Positions 25,691 through 40,740 are shown, numbered from the stretch's first letter. The stretch is DNA of 64,000 nt from Dicyema japonicum (GCA_011109175.1 RDEW01000078.1:74823-138822), one strand, 5' to 3'. Made by a program: numbers and translations. Notes: generated from the sequence alone by a model not told the origin.

Positions 25691-26706
25691 TTAACAAACG
25701 ATCTGAACGATGAGGAAATGGAGGGGTATCAGGTGCATAACTTTTTTTCGAAAAGGAGAAATGTCTAGGTGGGAGAATTGAGTAGTAATATTGTTTTAGT
25801 AGGGATGTGGTGGGGTAAGGCGGATTGAACAAAATAAGAGATCGTAGTTGTTAGGAAGGTAGGATTGACACAACGACGAGTCTGATTGTCCAATTTTGTA
25901 TAAACAAGTCACACGATGGCAATAGTAAACACAAACTTCCAAGGGTGAGGAAACCTCGCTTCTATTAAACTCCAAAAATTTTGATGGTAGTAATTTAAAC
26001 TCAGTGGTGGATAATTTTGAGCAGGGGTGTCAAGCTCATTTTGCTTCGAGGGCTTCATTTATAATAAGGGAAGATTAGTTCTGATATATATTTCTATATT
26101 TAAAAATTTATTTATTAAAATACCTGTGAAATAGTAATAAAATAATAAACACGCTATTATACTTCTTAGACGATCTATGTGATTCAATAAAATTGCTTTT
26201 TTGGGGCTACAAATGTCCCATATAAATTGCAAAAAAGATTTCCTTGTGAGTTGATAGAAAATTCATCAGGATATTTTCTAACAAGACTTAATCTTTTCAA
26301 TGTCGTTCTTGGTTGAACGCGTCATCACAGTAAATAATAATAATTGATCCCACACTAGTATTATATTTAAAAATTCAAAAATTAAATAATAAAAATCAAT
26401 AAAAATTTGACTTTATTGAAGAAAATTGCCATAATAATAATCCAATCTTCCCGGACCAACGATATTTCCATCCAAATTTCTGCTTTACTTTCTTGGTTGC
26501 CAACTAGTTTACTACCGACCATAATCCTATTCTCGTTAAACTCATAAAATTTTAAACTCCCACATGAAAAACCTAAAAACTGAAAAAAATTGTTGTGGAC
26601 TGAAACCTTATGTACTTAATTTGCGTTCATTTACTTCAACGACATTAATAGATTATTTGAGTGATTGTTAATTATTGCGAGTCGGAGGGTTCCTTGGACA
26701 ATCTAG

Positions 26707-26916
26707 CCAGTGCCAGGCCGGCACGAAAAAGGATCATTTGCTCTCCCCCACTCCAATGGAGGGGTTTCCACAACTGAAACTATGGACGTCTTTTACCTTT
26801 TATGCTGATTCCGGATGGACTTTGTTTCTGTAGAAGTGGAAACTGGATACACTTAATTGGTTTGTTTACTTTAACTTCCTTCTCGGTGTATCCGGGGTTA
26901 ATAAATAATAAATAAA
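26707..26916 (+). mobile_element. 5'-truncated copy of the short non-autonomous element
   Basis: Near-identical to 32245-32445; starts inside the ribozyme-like fold (P4, CGAAAAA, P2') and ends in a (TAAA)n tail. Confidence 0.9.
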
Positions 26917-27372
26917 TTGGTCACTCTGGACATCTCTTCCTTCCTTTGCTGAGATCATCACCAGATAATTATGAGATCCCGGCGCATCCCACAAGAACCC
27001 TCAGCATGGGTCAATGTTCCTCCATTGAGTAAGTCCACGATGAATATCTGTCATAGTATTCTCCCATTATCCGTCGAACCAAATTGGAATCAATAGTATC
27101 TCACACCCAATGGGATGTCCTCACAATTACCAGATATTAATATTTCCCTAAAATCCTCTAAAATCAATTATTAAAAATATTAAGCAATAAACGATGACTC
27201 CCCAATATCTTAATTGTAGAGCAAAAAGGGGGAACAAAGTAATCAAATCTACCGTGAAGAGGAACCAAGTCCTATAATAGCTTAAATTAGCATCAAAGTC
27301 AATTAAGGAATAATTATGTTTCCTGATATCGCGACTATATTTGTATTTATTGAACGAATCCGCTAATTACAA

Positions 27373-29575
<2,203 letters not shown>

Positions 29576-30199
29576 ATTATTTAATTTATTTATTCAAATG
29601 TTATATTAAATATTTTAATGTTTTTTAATATATACCTTCAAATGTCCAGTTTCACAGTCTTTTTCCTTTAATGGGTTACGGCTGACTCGTCCTCACCTTT
29701 GTCGGTCTGGGATCACTTAGTTAGATGAGAACTTTTATTTCGTTCTCTTTGACCCAGTGATCTTGTGGGTAATAATAATAATGGTTCCGGCTGGAATTAT
29801 TTGGGAGAGATCTCAAATGTTTGGGGTAGAACCCGTCAAGTATCAGTAAAATGTATAATACACCTCAGATACGAAGTAGGACGACATCGCACAGATTCCT
29901 TCCAGACAGTGTAACTACGCGGCCCTTACTAGTGCAGCCGAAAATTAAAGGCTTATTATGCCAAACTACAAAGTAATCGGTTAAAACAGAGACTTTCTAA
30001 TATCAAGGAGATGAAATTTGCAAGTCATACTTAACATTTTTATGATTTATCGACATTTGTATTCGTTCGTATGTAATCGTGAATTTGTGTTCTGAACGTT
30101 TGAAGATCTTTTTTATCTTTTATGTCGAGAATGCATTCCGAGACATCCATTATCGGTGGAGGGCTATCTATCATCTCGCTTCAATTCAGCCTTCGGATT

Positions 30200-30830
30200 G
30201 TTTTTGTTGATATGTGGTCATCATTTTTATTTTTGATTTTCCGTGAGGAGGCTGGGGATATCCACTAAAACCCGATGCAAGGCCGTTGTAGTAGGAACGA
30301 TTTTTCTGATATTTTTTGGATGAATAAAAGAGTAGCAAGGGTGGCCTGGATCTGTGATTTCATTTAAACATTGTAGGTTCCTCATGCATAGATGGTCCTC
30401 AATTTGGGAGACGATGGATTCGCAACGGAGATGGTCAGACGGGGTGTACATGTTGAATCCGATATTTGTTTGCGTAACTCCATTTTGAACCGAAGTTTTT
30501 GGAGGTTGCTAGATGCAATGGAGGTTATCCAGGAGGGGATTTAAGGTCAAGGTTGTCATGATCAATTATTTATGGAATTTTCCTTATCTTAGTCCAAGCT
30601 AGCTTTAGCCACTGCACGGAAAGCGTTTGATTAACTTTTTTTGCATTGCGACCACGTGGTCCACATAGGAGGAAATGTCAGGAATTGGTCGTAAATGACC
30701 CCGAGTCACATGGGGTCTTTGTTGGGCTTTAAGACAGGATTATTATCAGTTGCTTCCAAAGTATAAGTACAAATCCCAATTGTAAGGACTCCCAGAAGAT
30801 TCCCTAAGATCTATTTTCGGTCTGCGGTAA
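30200..30830 (-). mobile_element. Decayed I/Ingi-type LINE RT C-terminal fragment
   Basis: PLLD...TPSDHLRCESIVSQIEDHLCM..PGHP. Confidence 0.55.
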
Positions 30831-30979
30831 TCATGCATTTGATGGAATGCTTCAATCGATCTGAAATCATTCACCTCGGAATCTTTCACGAGTGTCCAAA
30901 AGGCAGAAGGTTTGGTTTTAAAATTACGAGCAAACTCCTGGTAGACCAGAATCTCCTCTTCAAGGGTCTTCCAAAAGAC

Positions 30980-31620
30980 CTCGCCATTTTTAACAAGTTG
31001 TGCTGTCTGTCGGCGAGATGTTCCATCTCTTTTGTGACATAGCTTCTTTAGAAATGAAGCGATTTCCGCTAATCACTCCAGTTGTCTCAATTACTATGGG
31101 GCGGAACGTGAACTGATCGTGCAGCACTTCATATTTTTTCTCCTTTGCTTTCATTGCTTTTTCCGGAGCATACAATTTGTCTGTTGCGCTCCCGACAATA
31201 TTGGATAGGCAAAGGAGGTCGATGCATGTGGCATCCCACAATAATGGTTTCCTATTCTATTCGGCCGTTTTCCGACTTCTATGTCCAGGCAAACCGGTTC
31301 TAGCATGGAGACTCCAGGGCTCGCTTGACAATTACATTGATCGCCTTATTTTTTGGGACTCGCCCTGTCGTTCTTTGGCAAAAAAAGGCATGATGTCCAT
31401 AACAGTCGACGGCACCACCTCACAGTCACTTGTATGTCTGGCAAATTTTTAGTCCAAGTCTGATGGAGATACATGTATGGATTGTAACGTCGTCAAGTTC
31501 GGCCCAGACGCTTCCGATCGAGAAAGCATTGGTCCAAGCTCCACTCCATTCGCATCTTCCAGTGACTAGACAGGTGTGTCGGTTTGGTTTGATTGGTTCA
31601 GAAGCCTCTCATATTTAGGT
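30980..31620 (-). mobile_element. CRE-like RLE fragment
   Basis: WDATCIDL, KEKKYEVL, FRPIVIETTG. Confidence 0.75.
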
Positions 31621-32120
31621 CTCTGCTCAAGCATCTTGGCTTTCAGTTGCTCCATATCTCTAATCTATGAAGATTCTGTTGAGAGTTGAATAATAATCTT
31701 CATCAAAAACTGACTGGAGCACAAGGAGGATGGATATACAGGGCGTACTAGATCCGTTGGTAGGGGATTCCCGGTCTACCAAAGTAAAAGGGTAAGGTTG
31801 CTTAGTCCCACCCTTGGTCGTCAAATTTAACATTCATAAAACGTTCGATAGTGGTTCGGAAGAGGGAGTCGATCGTATTGAGTTAATGCATTTTCAGGTA
31901 ATAAGGTTCCCCCAGAAAAACGTAGCTTAATTTTTGTGCTGACAAGATGTTTTTCAGCAGTGCTTAGCATAGAAAATTGTACACCCCATTTTTAGACATT
32001 TCGATGGTTTTTGAAAGAAAATATCATTTTTGGAAATTAAGATGGTAATAGTTAGACATTAATTTAATTTGTAATATTTTTATACGTCGATTTATTTGAA
32101 TATAATTTTTGAATCCTGTT

Positions 32121-32473
32121 AGAATATTCGCGTGGCGCCATGTGGTGCTGCATGGCTATTTGATTGAAGTTTTCTGCTCTTGTCTGTTCCTCCTCTCTCT
32201 TTTTATTAGATTGGCGTCATGTGATCCACCTGTCTAGGTGACGCCCAGTGCCAGGCCGGCACGAAAAAGGATCATTTGCTCTTCCCCACTCCACTGGAGG
32301 GGTTTCCACAACTGCATGTAATGGACGTCTTACCCTTTATGTGATTCCGGATGGACTCTGTTTCTGTAGAAGTGGAAACTGGATACACTTAATTAGTTGT
32401 TTACTTTAACTTCTTTCTCGGTGTATCCAGGGTTAATAAATTAAATCGTGATGAATCTTGTTAATAATAATAA
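32121..32473 (+). mobile_element. Full-length short non-autonomous retroelement (SINE-like, LINE-derived) with an 11-bp TSD
   Basis: TGAATCCTGTT at 32110-32120 and 32474-32484; (TAA)n tail; homologous to 62624-62951. Confidence 0.9.
32213..32274 (+). ncRNA. Candidate HDV-like ribozyme, second instance
   Basis: GGCGUC AUG UGAUCC ACC UGUCUA GGU GACGCC CAG UGCC AGGCC GGCA C GAAAAA GGAUCA; P1, P2, P3 and P4 all pair perfectly. Confidence 0.62.
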
Positions 32474-33749
32474 TGAATCCTGTTGCTTATAGAAAATTGT
32501 ACACCACTTAAATTTCTTAATTTACCTATAATTTTCGATAGTTTTTAGAAAAAATCACTTATCGGAAGTCTTAAAAGGTCAAATAATTGCACTGAACAAC
32601 CAGAAAATGTCTCAGACAAATTTCCAGAGACTGATGTTCTTTCTTCTACTGTCGGAAGTTTCATCAGTAGATAAAAAAAGACCGGAAGGATTTCTCGTAA
32701 ACCGGGTACAGGGCGTCTACCAAAGTTGAATGAATCGAAGATAAATGCAATATTTCCCGTGAAAATCCTTCGTTTTTGTCGCTAAAGTTATCTACGGTAC
32801 TCAAGAATTCCACTGGAACACAAGTTTCCAGGCATACAGTAATCCCAACTCTAAATAAAATATTCTGTCGAAAAACAATCAAAAAACCTTGTTAGTCTAA
32901 AAAAATACTGGAAAGACGAAAATCGTTACACTTTTTTACAAGTTTATGATGATGAATGGAAAACTTACATCTTTTCTGACGAATGTTCATTTGAACTGAG
33001 ACCGACAAAAAAGAACGCAATAGTTCATAAAAATGCGAAAGACTCTTTGAAGCCGGAATTCATCAAGCAAACTCATAAGTTTGGAAAAGGTTAGCTACTG
33101 AAATTTTAATTTTAGGTTCTGGGGGTGTTTCTCATATTACGGTGTAGGCCATTTGGTAGCCATTGAGGGTAATATGAATGCTGCAAGATACATAAGCATT
33201 CTTACAAATCATCTTCCTTCAGTCTGCTGAAAAAATGGGTCTAGGAGACTACGTTTTTCAGCAGGATAACCCACCAAGCCACACAGCGTGGGTCGTAAAA
33301 AAGTTTTTTAATGAAAATCAAATTAAACAAATCATGTGGTCCGCTTAGTCCCGTATTTAAACCCCATCGAGAATTGTGGACTCACGTAAAACGAGAAACG
33401 TACAAAAGCAATGACGGGACCATAAATGACTTGAAGATGGAGGTTTTAAGAGTTTGGGAGGAAATTCCACGAAGTTTAACAGAGAAACTCATTATTTCAA
33501 TGAAAAAACGCTTTTGGCACGTATATTCGGCACATGGTGGACACACAAATATTGAAAATTCAAATGTACGATTTTCATTGATCAGTAAAAATAAAAAATT
33601 TCTGATTGTTCCGTAATTAGGAATTTAATGATGATAAAAAAATTTTTGAAGCTATATAAGATAAAAGTCGAATTAATAAACAAATGAAACTATTTCCTTT
33701 AAAAAATTGAGAACTTAAGTGTACAATTTTCTATGCTAAGCACTGTATG

Positions 33750-35200
33750 TGCGTCCAGCATCTCCAGACGTGTGAATGTTGTTTTTAGTTGTTCTTTCGT
33801 TCTGAGAGTGTTGCTGATTCCAACATCTGAAGGGGATCCAAGTATCTCAAGTTGGGGTGATTTGGTTTCTGTGGCTTTCGGAATGATCTATCTTAACATC
33901 GCAAAGATCAAGTCCCATTCAAACAGCGAAAATCCAAAATTGGTAACTTAATATTTGAGGTGTTCAGAGTTAGGCATAGGGATTCCATTTTAACTATCAG
34001 AATTTTCAAATAATCCAGCACATTCTTCGGATAACCGCCCATGGTGCAATTATCCGAATACAACACTTTCAGATGAGTAGAACAATATCCCGTGATACGG
34101 CCAATTCCCAGACTAAATAAGTCCGGGCACAGTGGATTTTCTTGCTGGACTCCATAGGACGAGAGAATGAAGTATTGGACATGGGCATAATTGTACACTG
34201 ATGGGTAGAATGTAAAATAATCTTCCAAAATTGCATCACGCCGCATCGTGTTGAAGGCGTTTTTGATATCAATTTTGACAAATACGTGAGGAATGTTCGG
34301 AAAGAATGAACTGCTGCTTCACAACCCCCAAGAGTGCCGACCCCTATTTGGGGTAGTTGTAGCTGTGTAAAACCACATGAAGAATTGCTATGCATACGAG
34401 CTTTGAGGTCAACCGACGGAAAACCAAGCCAATTGCAATAGGGTGTATTCCTTCTCCCCATTTATCGAATGCAATTAATTTTGCAGACGCCAGAGTTGCC
34501 AGTGTAGTGGTCAATGAGGTCTCTGAGGTGCCCCGGACGGAGCCCATCAAGTCTTCTATACTGCTAGGGATGAAAGAAACAAATAGATAGGTATAGTGTG
34601 AATGGAGCGAAGCAAAATAATCGTACCCAATCCTCAGAGTCGTAACATTCAATACACTCGCATAGCCAGTCCGCGACAGATACTCGGGCAGGTTTTTGAA
34701 TCCTGATCAGGAGTCTTCGTGAGTGTCAGTTTTGAAATCAATTCAAGTATTTCCTGATGATCCAGTGGCGATAGCTAAGAATCGAGGATATCGTATTCTC
34801 TGGTAGGAGGTATGACTTGCCAATCGGAAATAACAGCCAGAGCTCTTTTAGTCAATCCGACACAGGACATGTGGAAACCCCACGAACAAGCCGTGAAATG
34901 AATCATCCGTTTTCTTTTGTTTCTTATACTGCATTTTTGCAGATCTCCTCTTCCTTCGCAGTTTGATGCATCTTTCTGATTTTTTAACACCACAACAAGT
35001 CTCGTGCAATATTATAGATGCAATTAATAAAAAATTGAACGTTAATACACAAAACATAATTATACAAGAGATATCACTGTTATCAAAGACAGAATCAGGA
35101 TATTGGAGAAAAGACTCGCAACTTATGAAACGAGGAAGGCATTCAGGATTCATAATTATGCTTTTGAAGTAAATCACCTGAGATTAATCTGAACTTTGCC
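33750..35200 (-). mobile_element. CRE-like element 5' part, with a PHD-like finger upstream of the RT
   Basis: TACSWGFHMSCVGLT...W (PHD-like); GEGIHPIAIGLVFRRL; QQENPLCPDLF (RT). Confidence 0.7.
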
Positions 35201-36183
35201 GATAAGGACCAAGGCACTGTGAGTGGATTTGGGAATAACGAATGCTTATCGGGAGACAGTATGGGAAAAGAATGAAAGCCTTTTAATTTTTAATTAAAAT
35301 TTTAGGAATAAGCGTGAATTTAATATTATCGTTTTATGTACGCTCAGGAATTTGCCCTAACGGGTAGGAGGTCATGTGTACACACGTTCTGGAATTTGCT
35401 TCCATACTCCTCGTATTCCTAAATGAAGTGTGGAAAAATAATATTTATTACATGTATTTTCTAAGCCAGTTGTCTCTGACCGGCCTGTGTGTGAGTCCCA
35501 GAAAACGATCAGGTTCCGCAATGCTGAATCACTGATGACGGCGTCTTTCTTTAACCCAATATATAATAATTTACTATTACAACCACAGACACCCACTTAA
35601 GCTAGTGACAGCTTATTTAAATGAGGTAAATCAAGCTCACGCACAATTTCAGCCTTTGACCAAACACACAGGCAAAGGAAGAAAGACCGATAAGTCAAGA
35701 ACATTTTCGATTTCTCGGATCAGCATGAATGTTCTATACATTTAAATAAGGTGGATACTACTTAAGCTGAGGTAATGGAAACATTACTGCGCCACGGCGG
35801 AAGGGCTATTGATATATTGCCGTCGGCTATGTTTATGTAAAGGAAGGGGATAATAATGTGGTTTTTCAAATAGATTACACTTTTTTTATTCCTGATAGTT
35901 ATTATTTATTACAATTCTATTGGGTGAGTCATTCTATTACTAATAGTACTGGGCGGAGTATTAGATTAACATATGTGCTTTATTTTATGCCACAACATGT
36001 ATTACTGAATTTCAAGAAAGTTTAGTTGTTGTATGAGGTTTCATTATGGTTACAGACATTGAACAAGCAATGGGAGTTACCTCTCATAATCGCGAACCTA
36101 TTTCTAATTATAGACACAGTTTAATTTTACTATATTTTCAGAAAGTAATATTTAATTTATTAAGGTAATTAATAAAAATTAAA

Positions 36184-37120
36184 TTAAGGCATCTGAATGG
36201 CCATGCTATTTCCCCTAACAATAGCCAACGAGATACGTTCTCGGAACCAACCAGTCTCTCGCGGATCCTTGGTCACAGCTTGAATCATGGAGCCGATCTT
36301 ACGAACCAACTCATCTGCTTGGGGGCCAAGGATTCCTGACGTTTCCACCGCGAATGGAACAAAAAGATACTCCTCCGAAATTCTCTGGTACTTCCTCCTC
36401 TTTCGTTCCTCGGCCTGCTTTGAAGCATGTCCTGGGTCTGAAGCAGAAGCAACCAAATTAGACGGGGAATAAGTATCAACACACGTCGCGTCCCAGATCA
36501 GGTTTCGTCCGTTGGCAAATGGAAAAGTCGTCATCCCATCAGGGCGTTTCCATCGTTTCGGGAAAGACCAGCAGGTTCTAACAGGCAATGGTGTCCAGCA
36601 GAGGCAAGGGAATTCTTTAATGTCATGTTAAGACAGGAGTGCCTGGGGAAACGACCCGCACTCATCTTGCATGACAAGGGATGATAACCAAAAGGATCGA
36701 TCCAACGTCCACAGCGGCATTTTCTTTCGCACACAATTTAAGACCAAGACGAAGCGAGGTAGCTATTCTCACAGCCTCATCATCCAACAGGTTTCCAATT
36801 TCGGCAGATGGAAAAGCGTTCATCCAGGCCCCGTCGAGTGACAACTGGCTGTTTTGAGGCAGGCAAGCCTTCTTACATCTTCCGTCTTTTCAAGGGACTC
36901 TTTCTTCTTTTCGAAGACACAAAACAAATAGGACTTTTGCTTATCACAATTGACCGGAGCATTTAGGTACAAATTCATCCATTCATACCAGGCTCCCGAC
37001 GGCGTCAGCGGTACGTTTAGTCCGGAAGTATTTGTCAAATGGTCCCATCAGACATAATCGACGCTGCCTCACACGATTGCAATGGGATCAACTGGAAGAA
37101 GCCACTGGGTATCGTGTGTT
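36184..37120 (-). mobile_element. CRE-like 3' half (36184-37030), preceded directly by another CRE C-terminus (37035-37120)
   Basis: GAWMNAFP, CRCG..H..SC, RPDG, WDATCVDT, FAVETSG, RISLAIVRGN. Confidence 0.88.
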
Positions 37121-37489
37121 GCTGTTTTTGAGTGTATTTGACCTCTTCATTACTTGGGAATCGATTCATATGCTGTACTCTATTTTGGTACATTTTTTTG
37201 ACTTCTTTTAATTTGGAGACTAATCCATCGGATTTATGCAAAAATGATATTTTTATCTCATTTAATGAATATGATTGAAATTCTCCCCTCCTTCTACTAG
37301 AGTGGGGTCCATCAGTCATAAGTGACTCCCAGTACCAGAATGCAACGAAAAAAGATCAATTACTCTCCCCCACCCTATTAGAGAAGTCCCCTCAACTAAA
37401 ATGACTTTGGTGACATTGGAATTCAGTGACAGTGAGAACTTGAGAGATTCAACAATTAACTCTTTCTCGAAGTATATGGGGGCAATAAA

Positions 37490-38942
37490 TTAAACAACAT
37501 CAATAGTACAAATCATATTGTCAACAGACTCCAACTTCCACCACGAACCAAGTCTATGTTGACGTGCTACAATAACCACAACACGGTCAAAGAGAGGAGA
37601 AAAGACAATTCTGTTAATAAATCCACATCCCTACAATAAAACAACATAACAACCACTTCAACGGCAAATAAAGGAGTAAAACATTTAATATCCTCCCCAA
37701 TCTTCCAAAACCTAACAAATCCATCACTTCCCCCACTTCCAAACAAATCACTGTTCCTAACAGCCTCCACAGAGGTAATCCACTCCCCATTGTGAGCATG
37801 GTTTAAGTAAAACACAGGTTTGGCTGATGAGGTCACCCACAACTGTAGAGAACTCTTAGTCCCCCCAGTAATAAAGTGTTCATCATCCAACACAGCCACA
37901 CAGTCAATATATTCAGAACTAAATAACACACAAGACTACGCAGAAGTAGAAAAGACAAGCTGTTTGTCATCCATAATCTTCCACATCCTAACCTGACTCT
38001 CCCCACCACCTGCAGTAATGACCTTCTCAGCACTCCCAAACACATCAATATCAGTGATTCCCTCCAAATGGCCGTATCTACAATCACTAACACCATTACA
38101 ATGTGCTAAGATAACAAAGTCCACTAATACTCCAACATTTCACAGTCTTATCACCCGAACAGCTGTACAGACTGTCTATGTTACCAAAAGTAACCCCCTT
38201 AAATTATAAATAATCAAACCGTCACTGCATCCTTGTGTCTGTGGCGAAATTGCCCCAATGTGTTAAGTTCCAAGTCCAGCAGAGATACGTCCCGTCCCTA
38301 CAACCGATTCCCACGTGTGCTCCATGAACTGTCACACACAGAACCTCACTTCTGAGGAACTGACAATTTTCGTCGTCTGAGGACTCTAATGGATGTATTC
38401 GTATCAATATTCCCTTTGATATTACAAACACCAGTACATTTAATCAGACAACAACTCCGAGTCCCCATAACAGCAAAGTGACCACAGGGAAACAGGGAGA
38501 GGCAGTTTATTGAAAAACAAGAAGGTAGTTTGGAATGGAGTGGTTTGTTTAGTTTGAAATTGTCAGCCACAAGGCGACGGGACCGTTTTAGTTGACTCAT
38601 CTAACTGTTATTAGCATGTCAAACCAACTGAGGATAAGAGTTTGTCGTTGACCAGGTCTCGTGCGTTACTTTCGGCTGTGCATCCCCCTTCTGCTGTTAG
38701 ATACTCCGAGAGTTGTTTTCTGGCCTGTATCTTTCGTTTATATTGCTCGGATGTGTTGGACTTATCAATTTCTGGAATCTCTGAGATATCCTCATCGGAG
38801 GATTTACTATTGTGAGAGATATAACCATACATTTCCTCATTTTCAATTATCTTGGCTTTTTGAATCTTTTTTGTATAAGGCTTTTATGCGTTAGATATAA
38901 GCTTACATTTAACTTTCGTCTTTTTTTGACAAAATGAACCAT
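37490..38942 (-). CDS. RRP9: U3 snoRNP WD40 protein Rrp9/U3-55K (multi-exon)
   Basis: LYSCSGDKTVKCW, YGHLEGITDID, IDCVAVLDDEHFITGG, WITSVEAVRNSDLFGSGGSDGFVRFW, C-terminal QHRLGSWW; 21-24 nt GT-AG introns. Confidence 0.85.
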
Positions 38943-39099
38943 AAATACACAACAAAACACGTTTAAATAATATTTATTTAAAATATTATTAATTTAAATA
39001 TTATCATTTATAACAAATAATTATTTTACCTACCTGATCAAATGATTCCTTTTTGTCTTCTTCAATTCTTAATTTCTGGCTGAGGCGGGGACGTCCCTC

Positions 39100-39410
39100 A
39101 ATTGCATATGTCTGAAACACACTTTGAAGAAATCGTACTTGTCAATAACCAAGACCTATACACAGGTTGTAAATCGACTAACTTGAATACAATTATTACA
39201 AAGACCCGATGGGGATTATTATTACGGATAAATCATGCTAACGGTATTATGGAATCATACTTTTACTCAGGGGCTTTTAGAAGTAAGTCACGAACAACTT
39301 TACCACCAATAATAAACATGGATCAAAAACATGTTAAAATGGTATTAGAAGACGCAGATGAGACATCCTCCAAAAAATCACAATTTCGAGAAGAGCGTGA
39401 AGGACTCTAA
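39100..39410 (+). mobile_element. RTE-like C-terminal remnant
   Basis: GAFRSKSRTTLPPII parallels YRGRQRTTLP and FRGRPRITLP of the other RTE copies. Confidence 0.5.
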
Positions 39411-39899
39411 CAGACCGTATCTTCCGAGGGTTGTCACAAGCGACGAGAAGGATATAACTTTCTTATATGCACTAACAATAATTCCTAATACATCTTATAA
39501 TCCCTTGGTCTTTGGAATTATTTTAATTTATGTAATCAAGTTAGGTAGAGTTGTTATGACAGGTCTCCATTATGGCATGCAGACATTGAACACGCAATGG
39601 GAGTACCTCTCATAATTTCAAATCTTCAGCAGTGCTCAGAACTTGGGAAAATTCATATTAAAGAAAGTGTCAGTGCATGTTGAGTCCCTTGGATAAACAT
39701 TTTTTGATCCCTTCATTAAGCTTAACTTCAGGCCTTATAACATCGACTTTTACACAAGACAATAATACTTTCAAGAGTTTTTTTGATTATAAGGATTGAA
39801 GTTCTTTCGCTAATGTGACCTTGCATACTCCCAAGAATTTGAAGTTACCAGACCATCTCAAGTAATTACTATTGGGACAATTCAGATCATTTAACTTGT

Positions 39900-40140
39900 C
39901 GGAGATTCTTTGAAGATGACACATCTCTTGGCTTCATGGCATGGTCGTTACGCCACCCAGCCTCTTGCCATCACTTCTGTCGAGACCGACGGGTTCTAAA
40001 AAGAAAATAAACGTGGCGTCTTCGATAGTTTTCATGACTGTCGAGTTTAATATGAGTAACGAGGGATCTGTCAGAGCTCCGTCAGATATAGTCCTTTCCT
40101 GTCAACTATCCCACCACATCGCATCGGTGTTCTAAGCAGA
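39900..40140 (-). mobile_element. CRE-like RLE fragment
   Basis: [16 protein letters not shown]. Confidence 0.65.
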
Positions 40141-40163
40141 TGGCGTCCCATTCACAAGATCCA

Positions 40164-40740
40164 TTTTTTACCCCAAGATCACCGGATTAGAAAAAGTTAA
40201 AAGTTAACTACTAACTAAGTGATTCCGGTTTTCCGGCTTCTGGCTCTCGTTCGGGATCCTCGAAGATCCAACAGAATTGGTAGAAACGGGGACGGTCTCA
40301 TTCTCCATAGATTTCCCCCATTTTCTAGATAGTCATAGAGAGTGAAAGCGGACAGCCGTTTTTATTGCCAATGTAGAAATGACTTCACTCTCCACCTTAG
40401 GTGTTTTAACATTCAATACGTTATCCACAGTTTTCTTATTTATTATTTTCAAGGCAGCAAGTTTCTAATTTTGAGACGACGATTCAGAAATCATCGAGCT
40501 CCAGGAGGGACATGCATATTCGATTACTGGCAGTATTTATTGTCTGTAAATTTTCTGTAGTAAGAAGGTGTTGTGCCCGATTGGTGATCGGGACAAAATT
40601 TTCAATATGTTGGTCCTCCTCCTGACTTTGGTAATAACGTCATTGACATGTTCCTTGGAATTCCTAATTGACAAGGGGGACCAATTATTATCAGCAGTAA
40701 TCTTCAATCAAGTAGCCACATGGCACCACGTGGCTAAATT
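40164..40740 (-). mobile_element. Bipartite non-autonomous LINE derivative: family 5' head fused to the LINE 3' end
   Basis: Head GCCACGTGGTGCCATGTGGCTACTTGATTGAAG at about 40735-40703; 40164-40650 is near-identical to 20728-21215. Confidence 0.75.

Larger units (their letters stand above)
31958..33745 (+). mobile_element. Tc1/mariner DNA transposon with 27-bp terminal inverted repeats, interrupted by a retroposed element
   Basis: TIR CAGTGCTTAGCATAGAAAATTGTACAC at 31958 and inverted at 33719-33745, followed by TA; IFSDEC, WGCFS, FQQDNPPSH, LNPIE..W..VK DDE motifs. Confidence 0.9.

Noticed and set aside
32121-32473. Short element as a U3, U5 or SRP RNA gene (GGATCATTT and CTTTTAC motifs)
   Set aside because: The motifs are short and out of context. 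The TSDs, simple-repeat tails and LINE-derived segments indicate a retroelement.
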